A DNA stretch of 64,000 bases from Strigamia acuminata (lineage: Eukaryota): the NCBI GenBank assembly GCA_949358305.1, contig OX442314.1:1054001-1118000 (forward strand), in the 5' to 3' direction. How positions within the stretch are numbered: position 1 is the stretch's first letter; each line of letters starts with the position of its first letter. The position numbers and the translations under genes are program-made. This document shows, one piece after another, positions 48,311-61,388 of this stretch. The notes below the pieces were generated by a model that saw nothing but the letters and a program-made list of their open reading frames with translations, searched no databases and was not told the DNA's origin.

Positions 48311-49686
48311 CGACTCGAAAACGAGTCGAATACGATTTCGCGTTGAAGAAGGGCAAAATTCGCATTCGACTCGAAAACGAGTCGAATACGATTTCGCGTT
48401 GAAGAAGGGCAAAATTCGCATTCGACTCGAAAACGAGTCGAATACGATTTCGCGTTGAAGAAGGGCAAAATTCGCATTCGACTCGAAAACGAGTCGAATA
48501 CGATTTCGCGTTGAAGAAGGGCAAAATTCGTACTCGACTCGAAAACGAGTCGAATACGAATTCGCATTCGACTCGAAAACGAGTCGAATACGATTTCGCT
48601 TTGAAGAAGGGCAAAATTCGTACTCGACTCGAAAACGAGTCGAATACGATTTCGCGTTGAAGAAGGGCAAAATTCGCATTCGACTCGAAAGCGAGTCGAA
48701 TACGATTTCGCGTTGAAGAAGGGAAAAATTCGCATTCGACTCGAAAGCGAGTCGAATACGATTTCGCGTTGAAGAAGGGCAAAATTCGCATCCGACTCGA
48801 AAGCGAGTCGAATACGATTTCGCGTTGAAGAAGGGCAAAATTCGCATTCGATTCGAAAGCGAATCGCATACGATTTCGCGTTGAAAAAGGACAAAACTCG
48901 TATTCGATTCGAAAGCGAATCGCATACGATTTCGCGTTGAAAAAGGACAAATTTCGCTTGGGAAAAGGACTCGAATGCGCCTCCACGTTGCAATGCGCAT
49001 TTGTGTAAACGATGATGGAATCCCCTGCTTAAATACTGGCTATCGCGTCACGTAACAGCAACGTGCCACGTCACGTAATTGCAACGTGCCGCGCTATGCC
49101 ACACAATGTGCCGCCGCGATAGGCCATTGAACCCGAATGTGTGTGATGCGAAACGCGCGAGTACACGCGCGGAGAACGCGCGGCAATGCTAGCAACAGGA
49201 GCGCAACTGCCCAAGAAATTGCTCAACAATAAAAGGCACGTGGAAGCACGTGACTGAAACAATAGGCACTTCAAATAAAGTTATTGTTAAAAAACGGGCT
49301 TGAAAACCAACAATTACACAATAATTAAGGGGCAAGAAATGAACTTTGCTGCAATGCAAAGTTCTCAAAATACAGAGAAATGAAAGTTACACTTGTATAA
49401 AGAATTGACAATGTTTGAAACCAATAAAAACTACAAAAACACACTTGTAAAAAACCCAAAACAACCCCCAGAATGAATTATTTGACTCAAATTAACCCTA
49501 AAACGGTCTTGGAGGTCGTGCAGACGACAGAGTCGGATTGGAAAGTTGCTAAAACCTGACGCCAAAACTAGCAATGGGACAGCTAGTTAGAAAACAGCTT
49601 TTTCATCAATCATGAACGCTGAAAACCTCACCCAGGGGTAGAAAATGATGGAGAGAACGTTTTCGCCATCTAAAACGGTCTAAAAC

Positions 49687-49886
49687 NNNNNNNNNNNNNN
49701 NNNNNNNNNNNNNNNNNNNNNNNNNNNNNNNNNNNNNNNNNNNNNNNNNNNNNNNNNNNNNNNNNNNNNNNNNNNNNNNNNNNNNNNNNNNNNNNNNNNN
49801 NNNNNNNNNNNNNNNNNNNNNNNNNNNNNNNNNNNNNNNNNNNNNNNNNNNNNNNNNNNNNNNNNNNNNNNNNNNNNNNNNNNNNN
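49687..49886. other. Assembly gap (200 N)
   Basis: Run of N; adjacency across it is not sequence-supported. Confidence 1.
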
Positions 49887-49913
49887 TACTCAACGCCGAC
49901 TTTTGCCATCAAA

Positions 49914-52900
49914 ATGTCAGCTCTAAAAGGGACACCGCGAGAATACGATCCAACAGAGGATTGGGGCCTATATTGCAAGCGTATGACAAGCATTTTTGCT
50001 TGTAATAAAATCGTCGATGACCAAGAGAAGGTCCACACGCTGCTGTCGTACGTTGGCATGCCGACCTTCAAGCAGCTGGACACGCTCGCGGCGCCGAAAG
50101 AAGCTGCTGACTTGAAATATGCGGAGTTGGTGGCATTGATGCAAAAAAATGCTCGCCCAAAACCGCTCGTGTTGGGAGAAATTTGCCGTTTTCACCGCCG
50201 TGATCGACTGCCGAATGAAACCGTGATGGAGTATTCTCTCGCTCTTCAGGACCTGGCCCAAAACTGTGAGTTCGCTGATAAAACAAACGAATTAAGAAAT
50301 CGCTTTCTTTGTGGCCTCCAGAATGAGCAAGTTCAGCAGGCGCTCACGTTGAAGAAAGATTTAACGTTCGACGACGCGGTCGAGTTTGCTGCCGCTGCAG
50401 AAATGTCGCAAAAAGAGTTTTCGACGATCGTAACGCAGAATGCATCGGCGCTGCCGGTGCACAAACTCCAACACGACTCCAAACCACGTCACGATGCGTC
50501 TAAAGGTAGAAAACGCTCCTCGAGGGGCACTACCTCGTTTCAACCAGTCCGCCAACCATCCAATTCGAAAGGAAATGCGTTGGTGTGTTCTGCTTGCGGC
50601 AGTAAGTCGCACACGCGTGAAGCGTGCCGCTTTCGCGATGCCACGTGCCACGGATGCGGGAAAACTGGCCACATCAAACCAGTTTGCCGGTCGGTCTTGA
50701 AGTCACCAGCTCCAGTCCATGCAGTCGAGATGCCACAACAGCTCACGTACTACGCTGTCGAGCCGGACCTGTCGACGACCGTCAACGCGATTGGCATTAA
50801 AGCCACACAACCAATTATTATGGCCGTCAAAGTTGCTCATGTCAACCTTTTGATGGAAATGGACACGGGAGCAGGCGCTACTTTTGTGAACCTCGAAACA
50901 TACACTAAATATTTTTCTGATTTTCTATTGCAGCCCCTTCCGATCCAGATGAATACGTACGGCGGCACGACACTCCGAATGGAAGGGGTATGCGAAGTTC
51001 CGGTTCGTCATCGTGATCGCGATTTTTGTTTGCCGCTGTGTGTGGCGACTCACGGCCCCATTACACTTCTTGGCCGCGACTGGCTCGAAGCATTTGGTTT
51101 GCTGTCGGCAACTGGCGAATTAGTGGGCGCGGAAGTATTTTCGTTGTCCACATCGACGTCATCGCCCGAGAAGCTCAACAAGACGTCGTCCGACGGTTTG
51201 GACACGATTTTGGCACGTCATGCCAACGTCTTTCGAGAAGAAATCGGTTGCTACAATGTCCACAAGGTCCACATCGACATCGATCCGGCCGTTCAACCAA
51301 TATTTTTGAAGAATTATCCAGTTCCACTCGCGATGAAGCCACGACTGGAGGAAGAGCTGCGCAGACTGCAGGATTTAGGTATCATAACCCCTGTCGCTTC
51401 TTCCAAATGGGCGACACCCATTATGCATGTCCTTAAATCAGACGGCACACTAAAGATAGCGGGATGCTATAATAGAACCATAAATAAAGCGGTTCTCCCC
51501 AACTCTTACCCTTTACCTCTGTTTGAAGACGTTGCAGCGAAGTTGTCGGGCGGTGAGACGTATTCTACACTAGATATGAATCACGCCTACAATCAGCTAG
51601 AGTTGGATGCAGAGAGTAAACTAGTGTGCACAATTAATACCCACTTGGGTCTCTTCACAGTAAATAGACTCTTTTACGGGATATCCAGTGCGCCGGCAAT
51701 CTTTCAACGCGAGATGGATAAACTGACAGCCAAAGTCGAGAGTATGCAGCCGTTCATTGATGATTCGGCCGTGACTGGTGCCACAAATGCAGCGCACTTA
51801 TGCAACTTGGATCAACTCCTGGGCGCATTTAACAAAGCCAATTTAACATTAAATAGGAAAAAGTGCAAGTTTTTGCGTGCATGTGTGCAGTTTTTAGGGC
51901 TGAACATTTCCAAGCAAGGAATCACGCCCGTGGACTCAAAATTGGCTCCACTTCGTAACGCCATGCAGCCCACCGACGTTCTATCGCTCAAATCGTTCCT
52001 GGGGCTCATAAACTATTATGGCAAATTTATTAATAATTTATCCACTTTATTAGAGTCGCTTTATCGCCTGACACGTGACGACACTCCGTGGACATGGGGA
52101 CCGGAACAGCACAAGGCCTGGACGAAGGTCAAGGCAGCAGTGACTGTCGATTCGGCGTTGGCGCACTACGACGCGAAGAAACAACTCTACTTGACCGTTG
52201 ATGCCTCGCCGGTCGGTGTGCGCGCCTTTATTTCCCACGTAGAAAAAGGAATCCATCGTCCAATCGCCTTTGCCAGTTCCCTCTTGTCCAGCGCGCAGAA
52301 AAATTATGCGCAAATTGACCGCGAAGGTCTGGCGATCGTTTATGGCGTTCGCTGATTCCATCACCACCTGTTTGGTAGAAAATTCATTTTGCGAACTGAC
52401 CATAAACCGCTGGTGGCCATATTCGGAGAGAAGAAAGGGTGCAATCAAATTGTCGCCGCTCGCCTGCACCGATGGGCAATATTTCTAAGTGCCTACGACT
52501 ATGCGATCGAGCATGTGCCGGCCGCCGACAACGAAATCGCTGACGGATTGTCACGCAACCCCCAGCCTGTGATCGATGGTCGAGAAGACCTCGATATGCA
52601 TGTTAACGAAATATTTTCTGTTTCCCTTTCACAGTTCCCGGTATCGCAGGCAGCCTTACGTGCAGCATACGACGCAGACGCCCAATTGCAAGCAGTTCTG
52701 CAGTGCATCCGAGATGAATGGAAATCAAAGACACCTGACTTAATAAATTTTTATAAGCACAGGTCCGCCTTTTCCACACATGGACTATTCTTGTTCCTGT
52801 CAGAGCGTCTAGTCGTGCCAGAACAGCTTCGCCGTGCGGTCCTGACGGAGTTACACGCAGGACATTTCGGAATCGTTCGCACCAAGTCGCTCGCTCGTGC

Positions 52901-53972
52901 TACGGTTTGGTGGCCGTCAATCGACCGTGACGTTGAGACGATGGTGCGTTTGTGCGACGTGTGCCAGCGCGCACTCCCGGATCCGCCAAAGACGTCCGAT
53001 TTGCGTTGGCCCATTCCCGACGAAATTTGGGGGCGAATTCACCTCGATTTTGCCGGCCCCTTTCATGGCAAAATGTTCCTGCTGGCCGTGGATGCGCGCA
53101 CCAAGTGGTGCGAAGTCCGTGCGATGACCACCACTACCTCGAAAGCAACAATTGCGATCCTAAAATGTTGGTTTAAACGTCACGGCTTGCCGATTCACGT
53201 TCACTCCGACAACGGGCCGCAATTCACTTCAGCGGAATTTGTTGACTTTTTGTCACGAAACGGCATCCGACACACTCGTTCACCGCCTTTCCACCCAGCC
53301 ACCAACGGAGCAGTGGAAGGCTTCGTGAAGACCTTTAAAACTCAAGTCGGAAAATTTTTGACTTTAAATTTGAATATTTCAGAAGCCGTTGACCAATTTT
53401 TAATCGCCTATCGCTCGACGCCGCATGTTTCCACACGGACTACGCCGTCCGAGGCTTTCCTGCAACGAACTGTTAGGACAAGGTTACATTTGCTAAATCC
53501 ACGTTTAATGCCGGAACCAACAACTGTGGAAACGCGACGTTCCTTCGAGCCTGGGGAATTGGTGTTCGCGCGCGACTATTTGCACGCCTCGAGATGGGTT
53601 CCTGGAATAATATCGCAAAAGACATCGTCCACTACGTACGATGTGGCTGTCGGAAATGCCATAATTTGGAGCCGACATGCGGACCAGCTCCGGAGACGCC
53701 AGACCTTGCATGCTCAAACTCCGGAGGGGGGAGGGAATCGCGGACGTTTTCCTTTGCTGATTGACGACTCAAACCTGAGGGACACACAGCTCGTGACTCA
53801 ACCGCCGGTTTTGGACGTTCCTCCTAACTCACCTGATCCCCCAAATGTTCGTGACGCAACCCCGGCTCCTACTCCGCCTCCTGTTCCTACCCATACTCCT
53901 GTTGTGCCGTATCGCCACCCTCAGCGCACGCGTAACCCGACACAATTTTATGGATTCGACACTAGAGATTAA
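49914..53972 (+). pseudogene. Mag-like Ty3/Gypsy single-frame gag-pol with one in-frame TGA (52353-52355) in RNase H
   Basis: ORFs 49914-52355 and 52389-53972 share a frame; two CCHC knuckles, MEMDTGA protease, FIDD RT, VDAS/EGLA RNase H, HAGH..CDVC, DFAGP, SDNGPQF integrase. Confidence 0.9.
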
Positions 53973-54069
53973 GTGTACTTGTTTTTATGTATTAATTGAT
54001 TTGGTTCATTGTCATGATTTCGTTTTATTATCTTTGTAATCTGATTAATGTGCCATTAATGGGGAATGA

Positions 54070-54227
54070 TGCTGTGTTCGGACTTCACTGCATGTTTTGT
54101 GTAGTGACGTTATCTTTGCTTCAGGCCCTGTACCCCCAGCGCCACCTTGTTGCTTGACCCCGAATAAAAATCACTTGTTAGTTCTTAGCCTAATATGACT
54201 GACCTTTCATTTCAACCATCCTCAACA
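54070..54227 (+). repeat. Short 3' LTR (about 158 bp) of the Mag-like element
   Basis: Follows PPT-like GGGGAATGA; TGCTGTG...CTCAACA termini; internal AATAAA. The 5' LTR would fall in the gap. Confidence 0.7.
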
Positions 54228-55292
54228 TATATTGTTATTAGTAAGATATATACTATATTTAAATCTCACTTTATAGTGTTGTATGTAGGGTATCTCTACC
54301 GATATTTACTGGTATCAAAAACCGATATTTTTTTAAAAAAAAACTGAATACCGAATACCAACTTTAGTTCGGTATTGGTACCGGTTTTTATTGGGACAAC
54401 AACATAACTATTAATTCAACCGCTTCCCATCTAGGTCAGCGGTCGGCAACAGTCGGACCGCGGAAGGTCGAAACTTGGACCGCGGTGACGTTTTAGCGAC
54501 GTCTTTCCCTCGGTTTCTTTGGTTTTTCGGTTTTTTTTCCTTGTTTTTCCTGTTTTTGTCATGTTTTTTAGGTTTTATTGGTATTTTTTGGGTTGTGTGT
54601 GTTTATTGGGGGGTTTATTTGGTTTTTAAGTGTTTTTTCCGTTATCTTAGGATTTTAGTAAGGTTTTTAAGTGTTTTTTTCTGGACCTCGATAAAAATTT
54701 TCAACAGTATCCAGACCCCACTTAAATTTACTTGCCGACCCCTAATCTAGATGCTCAATCAATGCAGATTCAGAATAAATCGCCATGTAATAACATCTTC
54801 AATCATTGAGGCTATCAACAACGATAAGAATGTAAGCCCCGAGTTTTACGTCTTTCTAGACTGTACACGTTCAGGCATATTTTGTATAATATAAAAAGTA
54901 GTTTCTCGATCTTGTTGGTCGGCTGGTCGCAATTGGTCTGCTTAGCGCCCTGGTCAACACACATGAAAGGGTATAAATTATAAACCCACTAAATTTCCTT
55001 GGATTTTTACTAAAAAAAAAAAAATCTTCCACTTACTGCATTTTTCACTAACGCACCTTTTTTGTTCCACTAATTTTAGCAAGCCAAAAAAACTAAATTT
55101 CCCACTACTGACTTTCCCCACTATAAAAAATTAAGTACATCCACTATTTCTACCAATTTTTTTTATTATAAAAGGAAGGCCTTCCTGACTTTCGATGGTC
55201 TACCTCGCTTCCTTTTCTCGCCCAAAAGCACGTTCTTGGCCTCACTTGGAACACTTAGGTACTGCTCAATAATAGGACATGCACATTGGGTC

Positions 55293-55534
55293 CATCTTCA
55301 TGGACGACTATGGCCACGCGAATGTTCACGACGACACACCACCCTCGTTTGTCGACTCCTGCCGCTCCCCGATGAGCCGGCGGACTCCCCAATTGTTGGA
55401 AGCTTCGCAAGGCGCTGCAGCAATTGAGGAGTCTAGCGACCACGCCGGGGTTCTTCGGGGAGCGGCGGGAGTCGACGAACGAGGGTGGTGTGTTGTCGTG
55501 GACATTCGCATGGCCATAGTCGTCCATGAAAATG
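55293..55534. repeat. GC-rich imperfect inverted repeat (arms about 90 bp)
   Basis: CATCTTCATGGACGACTATGGCCA...CCCCGA pairs with TCGGGGAGCGG...GTCGTCCATGAAAATG. Confidence 0.85.
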
Positions 55535-55593
55535 GACGACTATGGCCACGGCGAGGGGCCCCGAGTACTAGTTGGGACTGGGTCCCGACACGT

Positions 55594-56997
55594 TGTGACG
55601 ATTCTACTTTTTAGCTAATTTATTAGCTAGTTAAGCGGGATAAATCGGTTTAAACAAGACGTTACTACATTTAGTAACAACCTAACCAAGATAAGCTACG
55701 GAATTCTGTGTGCCATGAATAACTAATCGAATAGAAATCACTTACGGTTTTGTGTGACATAAAACATACTGTATTTATTAATTATAATAACTGGATTGGG
55801 GTTCTGAGCGCGTGTAAACGGGCGGCATCAACTGGTTGAGGATCCGGGCGAAGCCAGAGGGATACGGCTGACTTTACGGCATCGTCACAATGAACGTTAC
55901 GGAAGCGTAGTGGGTCCCGCAACACGAACTGCTAATAATGCGAAGAGTCCTTTGCATCGGTAGGAATATTCTTTAGAATATTCCCGGGTCAAATGAATAC
56001 AAAGTTATTAGTGGAATATAATAATATATTGTTATATTATTATAATTTGGGCGGGGACAGTCACGACGGTCGAGAGGACCATCGTTGTTGAGGCTCCATC
56101 CGCCAGCATGCCTTACGACGACAAGATCTCGTGATCAGGCGCCGAGTATTTGTTTGTACACGACAAGTCGCTATCGGTGGTACCAACCACCGGGTAAACA
56201 TATCCTGGAATTAACAGATGGGATTACCAATATCCAAGTAGTTGTTTAACGCAATGTTAACACATTACTCACGGGCTACCAACCCGGCGTATGTACCTGT
56301 AAATACGCTCTTAACCGACCGCTAAATTACGGAAGGACCTATGTTAATCAATTCGCCCTGAGAAGACAGTTGTCCATGTTTGTTTCGTGCTCGGGTGGGA
56401 CCTCCCGCACACATGCTCTGGCAGAGCATCTGACCTATGTTCAAATATTAGCGCAGATAGATGCGACTATCACCGATCATATAGATTGGTATTTGTTTAA
56501 CGGGTTAATCATCCCGTGCATGGACGATATACTATGCCACTGTACAGAATCTCGCTGTTCCTTAGAACAGCAAGCTAAAGGTACGGGGTCATTTCATGTA
56601 TTTAACATGTCTATTACCGGAGTTAGCCTTCCCGAAATAGCCCTACAACAACAATAACAATATAGTATTAATACTAATTTTGGAGAGCTGAGGAGGCCTG
56701 ATGTGTCGATAGAGAAAGTGAGATCAAACGATAACAACAATTCAACTACAGACAATATAGACATATTCAGTTATCAAGCCAAGAAGGGAACTGGTTGGAA
56801 AACCAGAGCTTATATAGTTCTTGAGAACAATTAGATTGGCGATAGCCAATCAGGTGCCTGAATCGACGAATTCGTAGGTCACTTTAGTCCGGACCTAATA
56901 GAAGACTGGGCTCGAACCTAATAGGAGACTGGGTCAAGAAGGGTCCGATTGGTCCCCTTCGGGAGGTAAGTAAATTGGGTATTGATTCGATAGAATC
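55594..56997 (-). mobile_element. Diverged, truncated LTR of the Gypsy-A family
   Basis: Starts TGTGACGATTCTACTTTT and is colinear with 2792-4361 (with internal differences) up to ATTGATTCGATAGAATC. Confidence 0.85.
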
Positions 56998-57659
56998 GTC
57001 TTCCTCTACCTCTTCTTGATTCACGTCTTCATCCGCGAGTCCTAGCTCTGTAAGCACGGCTAGTCGCAACGTGGTGATCATATCTCGTTTTAATCTCGGC
57101 GGCACGATATTCCGTTCTATTAACAGTGGCTGGACGTCTTTGGCTCTCAGTTTGTCCCACTCGGCCTCCGTTGGGAATGCTCCGCGTCTGATTTTCGCTA
57201 CGACTGCCTTTGCTACGGCCATCTCGATCGTGGTTCGGCTAACCTTCGTAACACGTGTTTGTCCCGGCGAACCGACTCTCGTTTCCCGACCTGTCCACGC
57301 GCTATTCGCTAACCCGAATTCCGAATTCCGCTTCCGTCGCCAAAAACAATCGTCTTCTACTTTCGTCTACTTTATCGTCTACTTATTCATCTATCGTCGC
57401 ATCGAATCCTTCTATCCCACTTCTGATGTAAACTATCTCAAAGCTGAGACTAGCTGACCCGAAATCACCAAGACACAACTACAAGCTCTAGTTAACTTCA
57501 AGTGATTTTATTAAACAAACAAAACTGATTATATATGACACTGGTCAACCCTGATTGGTTGATTACAAGAATCGCCTCCAAAACGTTTCTCGGACATATT
57601 CGTTATGTCCGCCCGCCCCCTGGCGATCGTTATCGCCCGTCGACCCGAAAAACTCCACA
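56998..57659 (-). mobile_element. 5' fragment of another LTR retrotransposon: LTR 57427-57659, PBS-like TCAGAAGTGGGAT, start of gag (ATG at 57222)
   Basis: Minus strand TGTGGAG...TTTACA then TCAGAAGTGGGAT (part of the tRNA-Leu PBS); AATAAA in LTR; flanking sequence GTATAATATAAAAAGT resumes at 57660 and matches 54874 onwards. Confidence 0.65.
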
Positions 57660-58277
57660 GTATAATATAAAAAGTAATTTCTCGATCTTGTTGGTCGGCT
57701 GGTCGCGATCGGTCTGCTTAGCGCCTTGGTCAAGACAGACTAATGGTCACGGATACACACAAACTTTTCTCGAGAAATGGACAAACGATATGAATTATAT
57801 TATTTAAACGCGACGTTTCCCGGTGGTTGGGACAGCCAAACTTAACCGGTTGGTCATCTGGTTTCGAAGCTGAATGCAATAAAGGATGTGAAGGTGATGT
57901 GGGTGGTGGTTGTGATGGTTGTGATGGTGAATACGGAAGCAGTTGCTCATTTGATCGTTGATGGCGGAGCTTATCGTTCTTGCTGATCGAATGGTTGCGA
58001 CCGGTTTCCGTCTAGTGGTCTACCTGCCGGCAAAATTCAAATTTGTATCAATAAACAAAGACAAATCAAACAACGGCGCGTCTTAACGCGCGCAAATTCA
58101 AATTCATCTCATCGAAAAATGTACTCGGTTTAAACCCTATTTACATTTTTACACATTAAAACGTCCATTTTTCTATCTGATTTATGCTTTTCTATTTTAA
58201 AAGATTCAGTTTTCACTTTATTTACATTTTTACATCGTAAGGTCGTTGGGTGTTGGGTGTAAGTGCATGTAAGAGCA

Positions 58278-58930
58278 GCGACGACGGCGATGACGACGCA
58301 ACGGATTGTCCGGACATTCCGGCATAATTGCCATTGACCTCGCGTGACTGCGCGCAGACGAAGAAAATGACGTTTTAGAGATATTTGATCGTAAATTATT
58401 TATTGCCACACTTCACAAATATCAAAGCAAATTAAAATGCATTCAATCTGTATCAGAGAGTGACTTTGATCGTAAACACGCTTCGACAACTGCGTTCGGA
58501 TTTCGAAGTAGATCCGAATCAGATTTACGACTTGCTTGCACCGCAGAGTAAAAATGCCAACAGAAGGAACATCGTGATTGATCGGCTGATCGCCAAACGG
58601 CTGAAGGAACTCAAACGAGCGCCGTTGTACAGACAAGTTCGACGAATTGCTGAACGATGTGGAGGTTGTGAGCAAGTTCGTTGCGAACAAGAGCCGGGAG
58701 ATGAGCTTCAAGAGAATCCGAACCGGGTGCGCATCGTCATCAACGAGTTGGAGCCGTTTGCTGTGGCGAATAAAGCCCCGAATGCCGGGAATAACGGGCC
58801 GGAAGCAATCGCGTCCACTTCGACCGAAAAGAATAACGATGTGTCGGCGACGATGGACGAAGTAAACACGGTTTTGGAGCTGTTTCCAGGCACTGATCCC
58901 GAATACCTGCGATCTTTTGTCGAGCAGTAG
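58278..58930 (+). pseudogene. Degenerate paralog of the acidic/CUE-like host gene
   Basis: PDIPGIIAI-like segment with stop, intron position homologous to 2561-2633 but with donor AT rather than GT, exon with NRRNIVIDRLIA.RLK and CUE-like end. Confidence 0.5.
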
Positions 58931-59700
58931 TCGATTATATCATGGCGAACGTTTCTGGTGGTTGGCGAAATCGCTCGTATCCCAGGTTGCCCGAAATCTA
59001 AAAGGCGGCGACTAAACGGAATTTATAGAAAGGTTTTATAGTTATTTGCTTTATTTTGTTTGTTTTATATGCTTTTTAGTATCGGGTGCATTCACTGACG
59101 CATAAACGGTCGTTTAAACCCGTTTAAAAGAGGTTTTGAACGAGATTTCCTGTTGTTATTATTATTATTATTTGATGTAAGGTAAGCAAATTTGCACCAG
59201 TTATTTTTTGTTTACGACTAAAGAAGAAGAAGAATGATACTTACGTGTACAGTTAGGCCTGGAAACAAAAAGAAAAGCGAGGGCGAGGAAACAATGCAGG
59301 TCGCTCATTCTCAAAATACGTGAAATCGTTCCACAAATAATAATAATAATAATGAAAATAACAACAATAATTTTGTAACTGAAATAATAAAAAAGGATGA
59401 GAACGATATAGAACAACGATTATCTCACATCGTTTGGCTCACACTTCCAAATCTAGGCCTGAAGGCCTATTTCGGGTTCTTCTTGCCACAAATGTTTTTT
59501 TTTGACTTTTTTGACTTTTTTGACTTTTCTCCCACCGTGTTTTTATTGACGGCTCGAACTTGATCGCATAAAATTTCCAGGTAAACATTCGAGTAATTCT
59601 TGCAAAACCCGTTCTAACTTCCCTTCTATTCACAGAGTGGAACAGTTATGGATATCGACAAAAAAAGCACACTGACTTCTTAATTTAAGAATGAAAAACG

Positions 59701-60112
59701 ATAAAAAAAGTTAAATTTTTTAAATGGGACGATGACAATGACGACGAAGACGACGATGACAGTGACGATGACAGTGACGACGAAGATGAAGACGGCGACG
59801 AAGACGACGACATTCCGCACATTCTCGGGATGATCGCAGTTCCGCCCATGCCACAGTACGCAGTTGAAGAAAACGAAGACGACGACGACGAAGACGACGA
59901 CGACATTCCGTACATGCCCGGCATGATCGCCGTTGCGCCCGCGCCGCATGCAGTTGAAGACGACGACGACGACGACGACATTGCGAATCGTCCAAACCTT
60001 CCTGGTATGATCGCCGTTACTCCCGCGCCACAACACACAGTTGAAGTAAACGACATCGCAGAAGTATTTCGTCATAAATTAATCCAAACAATCAAACAAA
60101 GTACCGGTAATT
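59701..60112 (+). pseudogene. Second copy of the acidic exon with start codon changed ATG to ATA, interrupted by an LTR
   Basis: Matches 2195-2609 with one fewer GAC triplet. Confidence 0.65.
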
Positions 60113-61388
60113 TGTGACGATTCTACTTTTGGGCTAATTTATTAGTCCTTTTTGCGATAGATAATTCGGTTTATACAAGACGTTGCTAAGTTTAGCAACA
60201 ACCTAACCGAGATAAGCTACGGAAGCCCTTACAAACATGACTATGCGATCAAGCAGAAAATAACTTACAGTTTTAGTGTGATATAACATATTTATTATTA
60301 AATATTAATCAATAACAAAGATGGGTTCTGGACGCGTGTAAACGGGCGGCATCAACTGGTTGAGGATCCGGGCGAAGCCAGAGGGATACGGCTGACTTGC
60401 GGCATCGTCACAAATATCGCTACGGAGACGTATTTGGTCCGCAGCATCGATTATCTAAATATGCGAGGAGTCCTTCGCATAAACAGGAATATTCGGCAGA
60501 ATATTCCATTGTTTCAAATGAATAAAAGTAAAGTGATTAGTGGAATACAACAAATGAATTGTTGTATAAATATTAATTGGGCGGGGACCGTCACGACAAT
60601 TGAGAGAACGTCGCGGGAGTTGTTGAGACTCCATCCGCCAGCATGCCTTACGACGACAAGATCTCGTGATCAGGCGCCGAGTATTTAATTGTGTGCTTTA
60701 ACTCGCTATCGGTGGTACCAACCACCAGGTAAACATTTCTATGGACTTACCGGGTTTAAAGATATTGCCAATACAGGATTACCAATGCCCGAGTAGTTTG
60801 TTTAACACAGTGTTGTTTAACTCCTGTTCACGGGTTACTAACCCGGAGGGTACGATGGGGCGGGGACCGTCACGTCGGTCGAGAGAACCATCGCGGGAGG
60901 ATTTGACTCCTCCATCCGCCAGCATGCCTTACGATGACGGGATCCATTGATCGAGCACCGGGTAAAATATTAATTGGCCACTGCCATTGGATTACCATTA
61001 TCCAGGTAGTTGTTTTATCGCAACATCTTTAGATATTACTCACGGGCTACCAACCCGGCGTGTTACCTGTATATTAGGCTTTTACCGACTTTTAACGTGC
61101 GGAAGGACCAATCGAGAAAGACGGGAACCTGCGTGGGCTGTTTACAACAGCCATCCTGCAGCGGACTGAGGCCAGTTAGCTGAGGGACCTTCTTTCATTT
61201 AGCAAGGTCGTACTGTATACGACCGTTATATTAAGCCACCGTACGAAGTCCTACTGTCCCGTAGAACAGCTGGCTAACGTTACGGGGCCATTTCATGCGA
61301 ATGCATGTCTATTACCGGAGTTAGCCTTCCCGAAATAGCCCTACAACAGCAATAACAAAATAGTAATGAATACTAACTGTGGAGAGCT
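60113..61388 (-). mobile_element. Gypsy-A family LTR, interrupted by Gypsy-B
   Basis: Colinear with 2792-4062 with scattered substitutions; stops at GGAGAGCT. Confidence 0.9.

Larger units (their letters stand above)
25911..49686. repeat. Macrosatellite of 1686-bp units (about 9 full, 3 partial) in alternating orientation: + 25911-29286, - 31964-36222, + 36223-45342, - 49077-49686
   Basis: Identical spurious ORFs recur at 1686-bp period (1676 for a 10-bp deletion variant); mirror coordinate sums 61250, 72258 and 94419 define three inversion axes. Confidence 0.95.

Noticed and set aside
49606..50083. ORFs spanning the N run
   Set aside because: Artefacts of translating the assembly gap.
54284..54390. 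Possible hAT-like MITE end (TAGGG...ACCGA subrepeats)
   Set aside because: No matching second terminus or TSD found.
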